In this document: positions 54,255-64,000 of the stretch, in pieces
Position numbering within the stretch: the stretch's first letter is position 1
Layout: each line of letters opens with the position of its first letter
Origin: the human T2T-CHM13v2.0 reference genome, Homo sapiens
Strand: one strand, 5' to 3'
Length of the DNA: 64,000 nt
Assembly: GCF_009914755.1 (NCBI RefSeq)
Contig: NC_060925.1
Position numbers and translations under genes: made by a program
Notes under the pieces: generated by a model
The model's database searches: none
The model's input: the letters and a program-made list of their open reading frames with translations, nothing else
What the model was told of the DNA's origin: nothing

Positions 54255-54474
54255 TTTTTTTTTTTGAGACACAGTCTCACTCTATCACCCAGCCTGGAGT
54301 ACAGTGGTGTGATAATAGCTCACTACAGCCCCGACCTTCCATGCTCAAGTGATCCTCCTGCTTCAGCCTCCCCAATAGCTGGAACTACAGGTGTGCACCA
54401 CCATGCCTGGCTAAATTTTGTATTTTTTATGGAGATGGGGTTTTGCCATGTTGCCCAGGCTGGACTTAAACTCC
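54255..54474 (-). mobile_element. 5'-truncated AluJ-like element with TSD
   Basis: TSD TTTGGTACTTTTT at 54247 and 54475. Confidence 0.88.
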
Positions 54475-55398
54475 TTTGGTACTTTTTAACTTTAGTATGC
54501 AAAATGACAATTATACACATGCCACTCTTGTGTTTTCTTTAAAATAATATAAAAAGTAAACTTTAGTACTTCAGAAGAAACACTGGACCAGAACACAGAG
54601 ACCATGTCTCCATATACCTCGTATAAACGGGTCTGACTCCTGGCTGTCAGAATAACCCTATATGATCCCTAGAATCATTTCTGATGCCCACTTTTATGAT
54701 TCTTTGCAAACGGCATTTGTGTTCTCAGGATCCTTCTGTTTTCTACACTTGGCCAATATTATTAACATAATTGAAAACATTAAAATATATCGTAAAAGGG
54801 AATCGTTTAATCTGATAGTAGGAGAAAATAAAAGACAATAATCCTTCTATTGAAGAAAGAACAAAAGAAAATGCAACATGAAGATTTTACATCACACAGG
54901 CAGCCGCCCTAGAGGAGGTGTATCATTTTAGTTAATGTAAAAGTGCAATCATCTCACTAAGGGACGAGGAGTGTTGAGGTGGATAATGCAGTTCTCAGCG
55001 AAGACCTGGATTTGGAATGCATCGTCTGATGCATTTTTCTCCCTAGAAATTTTACTTAATTTATATACTTGTCCTAGCCTCCCATTTAAATTAATTTTCT
55101 CTCCTTGAACACACCAACACAGCCTCATAAAGTTGTTGTGAAGAACTCACTGAGTTAGTTCATGCAAAGTGCTTATTCCCATGCCTGGCACCTAGTGAGT
55201 GCTCTGTAAGTGTTGGCCGTATTACCATTACACCCAAGCCCTTCGGCTGGCCTGGCCTTGCTTTGGCTCCAAAATCTTACCTTAGGCAGTGACTTTGGAG
55301 TTGGAATCACAAAGGACATCAACTCTGCCTCTCTCCTGCCTAGCAGGCAGAAACTACTTCTCTGTGCTGTTTTTCTGGTGATATGAAGTCTAAATAGA

Positions 55399-55638
55399 GG
55401 CCAAGCATGGTGGCTCACACCTGTAATTTCAGCACTTTGGGAGTCTGAGGCAGGTGGATCGCCTGAGGTTGAGAGTTTGAGACCAGCCTGGCCAACATGG
55501 TGAAACCCTGTCTCTACTAAAAATCCAAAAATTAGCCAGGCGTGGTGGCACACATCTGTAATCCCAGCTACTCTCCTGGAGGCTGAGGCAGGAGAATCAC
55601 TTGAACCCAGGAGGCAGAGACTCCATCTGAAAAAAAAA
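55399..55638 (+). mobile_element. AluS-like element with right-arm deletion
   Basis: gaggcagaga joins directly to ctccatctgaaaa. Confidence 0.88.
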
Positions 55639-56037
55639 GAAGTCTAAATAGAATAGGGAGTAACTGCTAATGGCCGTGGGGTTTCTTTTCGGGATGATGA
55701 AAATGCTCTAGACTTATAAGCCAGCTACTTGGATAGTTTCTCCAAATATTTGTGAGAGTAAACTTGTTGTTATTATTCTAGCATGTAGAAGAAGGATCGA
55801 TGAATCTAGATCTGCATGTCTCAAAGTGTGTTCTTTGGACACAAATTCTCATAAAATGCTTAGTTAAATGATAATCCCACTGTCACATACATTTAGGGTG
55901 TGCACGTCCCCACGCTTTCTTCAAAGAGTCCCATGGTGTACATGGGTATGTTAAAGGCCCTGCCTGAGGCATCCTGGAGGAAAGAACTGGTCTCACTTTG
56001 TACAGTTAAGAGTTCCTCTCACTGACTTAACATGTAA

Positions 56038-56409
<372 letters not shown>

Positions 56410-56626
56410 TGACTCCATCAGTGGTTTTCAGACTTTAAAACGGAGCATGTTTTAAAGTGAAACCCTAGTATTAAATTCATTTATAAAAAGAAGCTCCAGT
56501 AGAATTGGGGTTGTGGACTTGGGCCCTGTTTATTTGGCCTCCTCACAGGGCATTCCGTGGAAGGTCTCAGTATTGAGAGGCCCCTGGACAAGGTGAGAGT
56601 TCCTCTAACGTCCCTCCTGTGGCTAA

Positions 56627-56989
<363 letters not shown>

Positions 56990-58069
56990 TAGGCAATTAG
57001 AGGTGTCCTCACCAGCCTCTTCTCCCACAGAAGCCAATTATTCCCGGGAGTCCAAATGTAAACAAGAATAAACAGCTCTTAATTGGTGCTTTCAGTTTTT
57101 AATGGACTTCCTGATGTTAAGAGAGTGAGAGAGCAGTGGTTTACTTAATCACCGGGGCCCTTTTCATAGTTTCGTCTTGTGTGCTGTGCTTTTTACCCAG
57201 CTCTAGGAGGGAGATGTTTGTGGGTACCAGGGTTTTGTTAGTCCCTCTCCCCTTTTTTAGTATAAGTGGCATGCTGGCAATAGACAAATACCTTCATAAA
57301 AAGCTGCTTCTAAATGAAATAATTACTACCTCCACTTGGGCATTATGATAATTATCAATAGAATATTGAATCAGCTTTGGTTTTTCAGGAAAAAAAAATC
57401 CAAACAAACCTTCCTTAAACAAGGAAGGTTTTATTTCAGGTCTCCAATTAGAGTAAACAAGCATTTGGGGCTTTTTCCTCTTGTTTTCTGTGTTAGGATT
57501 GTGAATACTAGTCTGCTATAGAAGGTTGCTAGTTACTTTCTGTAATGTAGGCAGTTTCTGGGGATTGGAGACACAGATGGGAGTAAAGGGTCTGGATTCT
57601 TCTCTTTCCCACCTGCCTGTTTGGCTTTCCCTCAGCCTCCCACCCTGTGCCCATGTGCCCCTTCTCTGATCTCTGTGCTCAGATGGCAGGGACCATAGGA
57701 GTTCATGTGTCCAGAGGTAACACTACCCGAGTCTGTGATACTCAGAAGCTTCCAGTTCCTTATTAAAACGGGAAATTGAACAGTAAATTGTTACTGCCTA
57801 CCAGATTTCACAGCAGGAGACTGTCATTACACCTTTCATTTGACTCAGAGAGAGTGTAGCCATCAGATGCCAGATTTTGCCATTCTTTAGTCACTTGGAA
57901 AATGCACCCATTGTCAGCATTTTGAGTTATTAGGATTCCTCAAATGAAAAAAAGGCAAACAATATATTTTGATGGATTGAAATCCACACTGTTGTGCTGA
58001 AAATAGGGGAAGGAAAAAAGGAAGCCAAGATTTTGGCAGAAAACTGAACACTCTTAAGAATAACTCCTC

Positions 58070-58421
<352 letters not shown>

Positions 58422-58474
58422 TCAATGTTATGCTTCCTGGAGCTTCTGGAAAATTCCCTTCATTTGTTTCTTAG

Positions 58475-58957
<483 letters not shown>

Positions 58958-59825
58958 TAAAGGCTCACCAGCATGTGCTCTCCTGGTGCCAACAAGGCAC
59001 AGCTGTGCATTGTCATGAAACTCCTGAGTTCTGTTGAAACTCTGGAGTCTTTGTTGTCAGGACCCTATGTGTCCTTGGCCTGTGCAGAGCTGAGTGTGTC
59101 TTGAGTGGGTACAATTGGGCAGGAGCTGTCAGGTCTCCTGCTCTAGAAGCAAGTCTGTAGCAAGTGATCCAAACATGCACCCTCCCTTGGGTTTTATTAT
59201 GCTATCATTACTGCTTGTTAATGTTCAATATCAGCACAGTTAGTCTGCTGCTGCCCAGTGACTTGAGCCGCCTGGCTGTGAGGGCTGAGTGGTTAGCGCC
59301 TGGCCTGTCTGTGAGCTGCTTTGGGTCCGTTCACATGATCTGCTGATAATCAGAAGAACCCAGGGAGGGTTGAATTCTTTTTGATTAAACTTTAAAAAAA
59401 TTTTTTAAAGACAATATTTATTTATTTAAAAACACATAATAAACTGACAGTACAGAAGTATATAAAGTAAACATGAAGACTACAGGGTAAAGCTATACGG
59501 GTTTCTTCCGCTTTTGGAAACTCACTCCCCATGGACACGACGAAGAATAACTTAGAGTGTGTCTTTTTGACAAATTTTCTATGTATATGTAAATATATAT
59601 GTGAATGTAGATTTCCTCACATAAATTGGCTCATGTTGTATATATTATTAATCTGCAAATTTCTTTTTCCTCAGTTTAAGGGTGTATTATGATTACCTTT
59701 CTATGTAATTATACCTAGGTATATCTCCTTTTCTGTAGTGCCTGCAGAATATTTCATTGTATGAATACACTATTTCACGTAATCAGCCCCCCACCAATGG
59801 ACATTTAAGTTGTTTCCAACTGTTT

Positions 59826-60309
<484 letters not shown>

Positions 60310-60499
60310 TAATGCTGCAATGAATATCCTGGTGCATCTGTCATTTGCTTGCGTGGGTGAACACCTAGAAACAGATAGACATGGCCAAATTGCTTCCCTC
60401 AAAATGGCATCTCTATTTGTAGCCCCAACACCATGATCAACACTATTATCAATCTTTGTCATCTTTGACACTCTAATAGGTTAAAAAAAATAAGATCTT

Positions 60500-60857
<358 letters not shown>

Positions 60858-61792
60858 TCAGCCAACTGAGTCAGAATCTCCAAGGATGATGCTCAGATTC
60901 TGTAGATTTAAAAGTCTCCCCAGAGGATTCTATTGATCATCCAGGTTTGGAAGCTACTGTCTTGTGCCTACAGGTGAAATGAAGTTGCAGATTTAACTCA
61001 CATCACAGATGTGCAGAGAAAATGTCATTTCTATAAGTAAACTGGCCTCTTGGCAGAGCCCCTGCAGCCAGTCAATGGAAACAGAAATGAACTAGCTAAT
61101 AATGTAAACAGTCCCTCAGCTGGTGGCCAGTCTTTCGATGATAAAGTAATTCCATTTTGCAGATAGCCCTCTCTCCCAGCTTTTCTCCCTGGGCTGGAGT
61201 CTGGGTCTATGAGGGGAGGTATGGCCTTTGTAACTCTGGGAAACGGGGTGGTGGGGGGTGCATGTGGAATTGGAGACCATGTCCTAACCTCCTCTGGTCT
61301 CCCGGCAAGGCCCCTGCCCACTGGTGTGCTGTTGGTTTAGTTGGTGGTGTGCGGAACTTGTCATTTGGCTGCTGACTTGGTAAACCCTCAGAAGCTTTTC
61401 CTGGCTGCAGGTGCTGGACAGTTCTCTTTGAACCACCTGACTGGTCATTTTTGACCCATCCAGCAATCTCCCGGCCTGACTCGCTACTCCTGGGTCTTGA
61501 ACATGCTCCATGGCAATCAAGCTCTGGAAAGCCTAGCCCCAGTGCCTCCCTCTGCCAACAAAGCTTCCCTGCCAAGTCCATGCAGATGCACCCCGAGTGG
61601 CGAGTGGGCGTGGGGGTGGGTGAAGGAGGCCAGTGTTTCCTTTGCACCCCCTGCTAGCTTCTTGTATGCTTTTCTACCTCTCCAGGTTTAAGCCAAGAGA
61701 AAGACCAGGTTGTACCTATCTGACCCCACACCTCTTTTTCCTCTTTCTCCTGATTTCTTCTCACAAGTTCTGAGCCAGAAGGAGTTGGGCTC

Positions 61793-62151
61793 TGTATTAG
61801 CCCATTTTCACGCTGCTAATAAAGACATACCTGAGACTGGGTAATTTATAAAGAAAAAGAAGTTTAATGGACTCACAGTTCCACATGGCTGGGGAGGCCT
61901 CAATCATGGTGGAAGGCAAAAGACACATCTTACATGGTGACAGGCAAAGAGAATGAGAGCCAAGAGAAAGGGGAAACCCCTTATAAAACCATCAGATCTC
62001 GTGAGACTTATTCACTACCACGAGAACAGTATGGGGGAAGCTGCCCTCATGATTCAGTTATCTCCCACCGGGACCGTCCCACAACACGTGGGAATTATGG
62101 GAGCTACAATTCAAGATGAAATTTGGGTAGGGACATAGCCAAACCATATCT
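61793..62151 (-). mobile_element. THE1-type MaLR solo LTR
   Basis: tgtattagcccattttcacgctgctaataaagacatacctgagactggg...gccaaaccatatc; ~360 bp; near-TSD ggctc/gggtc. Confidence 0.88.
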
Positions 62152-63212
62152 GGGTCTTATTTTGCTTTCCTTCTTCCATCAAGTCTCAGATCCTTGCTGA
62201 CATAAATATTCTGTGAGCTGGGTGTGGTGGCTCATGCCTGTAATCCCAGCACTTTGGGAGGCTGAGGCAGGAAAATCACTTGAACCCAGGTGGCAGAGGT
62301 TGAAGTGAGCCAAGATTGAGCTACTGTACTCCAGCCTGGGAGCAAGACTCCCGTCTCAAAAAAAATATATATATATGTGTGTGTATATATATATTCTGTA
62401 AATATTTATTTACTCAACAAATATTTGCTGGGCATTACTACATGCTGGATATTGTTCTAGATGCTGGAAATACTGCAATGAATAAAACAGATGAATACCC
62501 TGTCTTCAAGGCACTTACATCCCAGTGGGGAGAGATGAAAAATAAATATTTCTTTGTCTCTATCTATCTGTTTTATCTCTATCACGATCACTATCTATCT
62601 ATACGTCAGATGTCTCTAATGAGAAATGAAGCAGGCTCAGGCTAAGGCAGATACAGAGAGTGACAGTGAATGGCAGTGATAGTTTGCTTTTTGCATTGAC
62701 ATGGCCCCATGTGTAAGTGATTATTTATGAATGAGGGACTCGATGCTAGATGGCACTCATCCAGAGGGGCAGGATCACACCTGTGCTGCTCTCCACTGTG
62801 TACCAAGTAACTAGAAAAGTAAATCACATGTAGTAGGGGATCAAGGATTGTTGAAAAAAATAAATACATGAGTAAAAAAATGAATGCTAGGTTTCGCACA
62901 TCAGGGCTTTGCTCATTTCCAGTGTTTTGCCCTTTCTTTTCTCACTTTACATGGCATTAGCATTTTCACCACATGCAATGATAAAATGTCCTTTGCCAGA
63001 GACAGCGCAGTGGTGATTAAGTGCTGGAGTAAGCAAAGATGGAAAGGGCCTCTGCCTCTCAGAGTGCTGGGATTACAGGCATAAGCCATCGTGCCTGGTG
63101 GGAAAGGGAAGGAAAAGAGAGGGAATTAAACTGGTTTTACAGAAGACAAAGGGTTCTGTTTGCCCATGTGTATCCTACTTTTACTAACACTTCTTGTCTT
63201 TGTAAATGCAAG

Positions 63213-63274
63213 ATAACGGCTCTCAAAATCAAGTACAATCCTTTTGCCAAAGCCTTCTTGGATGCCAAGGAAAG
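63213..63274 (+). CDS. TBX19: TBX19 exon 4 (ITALKIKYNPFAKAFLDAKE[R]); gene continues beyond the window
   Basis: AAG acceptor 63210-63212; GTAAGT donor 63275; 62 nt; NPFAKAF marks the end of the T-box. Confidence 0.96.
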
Positions 63275-63403
63275 GTAAGTAAAGAAATTTTAGTGAAATC
63301 TTCTAATGAATGATTTATGCAAATACAAATGTGGAATTTATGATTATCTTGAAAGGAACTAGACTAGTAGCACTTTCATTACCTTTTATAGAAATAGGCT
63401 TTC

Positions 63404-63734
<331 letters not shown>

Positions 63735-64000
63735 CTAGAAAATTCAAATCATAATTATCTATTCGTTATAATAGGGATCCGGGAGAACTGTTAACTAACA
63801 ATTTTTTTTAAAGACCTGTTTTACTATGAATTCTTGAAAGTAGCACAATCACATTAAAAAAATTAAATGATTTAGATTTATAATAATTCACTCTGCCTTT
63901 TTCCTAATTACTTCTGAGTAGCATGGCATTAATAAATTGCTTTTTTAAAACTACATTTAGCCTAGGAAAAGTGAAAAATGGAGACAGGTTCACATTTCCT

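Noticed and set aside
62775-62782. TCACACCT T-box half-site suggesting autoregulation
   Set aside because: Single 8-mer that also occurs in many Alus of this window; no palindrome or partner site seen

Overview
Primate, almost certainly human, genomic DNA. I recognise it as the SFT2D2-TBX19 interval (chr1q24). From left to right: (1) the last five coding exons of SFT2D2 (+), then a ~10.5 kb terminal exon/3'UTR ending at tandem AATAAA signals near 18.5 kb. This UTR contains an antisense ANKRD26/36-family processed pseudogene fused to an internally deleted L1PA, plus inverted Alus. (2) An L1/Alu-rich intergenic region with a polyadenylated U6 retrocopy and a near full-length, decayed class III provirus (HERV-S/HERVL18, LTR18, tRNA-Ser PBS, 5-bp TSD, gag-pro-pol-env remnants) on the minus strand. 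(3) The promoter and coding exons 1-4 of the T-box gene TBX19 (TPIT). Most entries in the ORF track are Alu, L1 or ERV read-throughs. I see no clearly new biological system. The best leads are a dUTPase-fold relic in the HERV-S pol-env junction, splice-phase compatibility for an in-frame SFT2D2-TBX19 read-through, the composite L1-ANKRD cassette, and a possible unannotated retroposed 3'UTR fragment at 17.0-18.1 kb. Repeat subfamily names come from recalled consensus sequences and were not checked with RepeatMasker.
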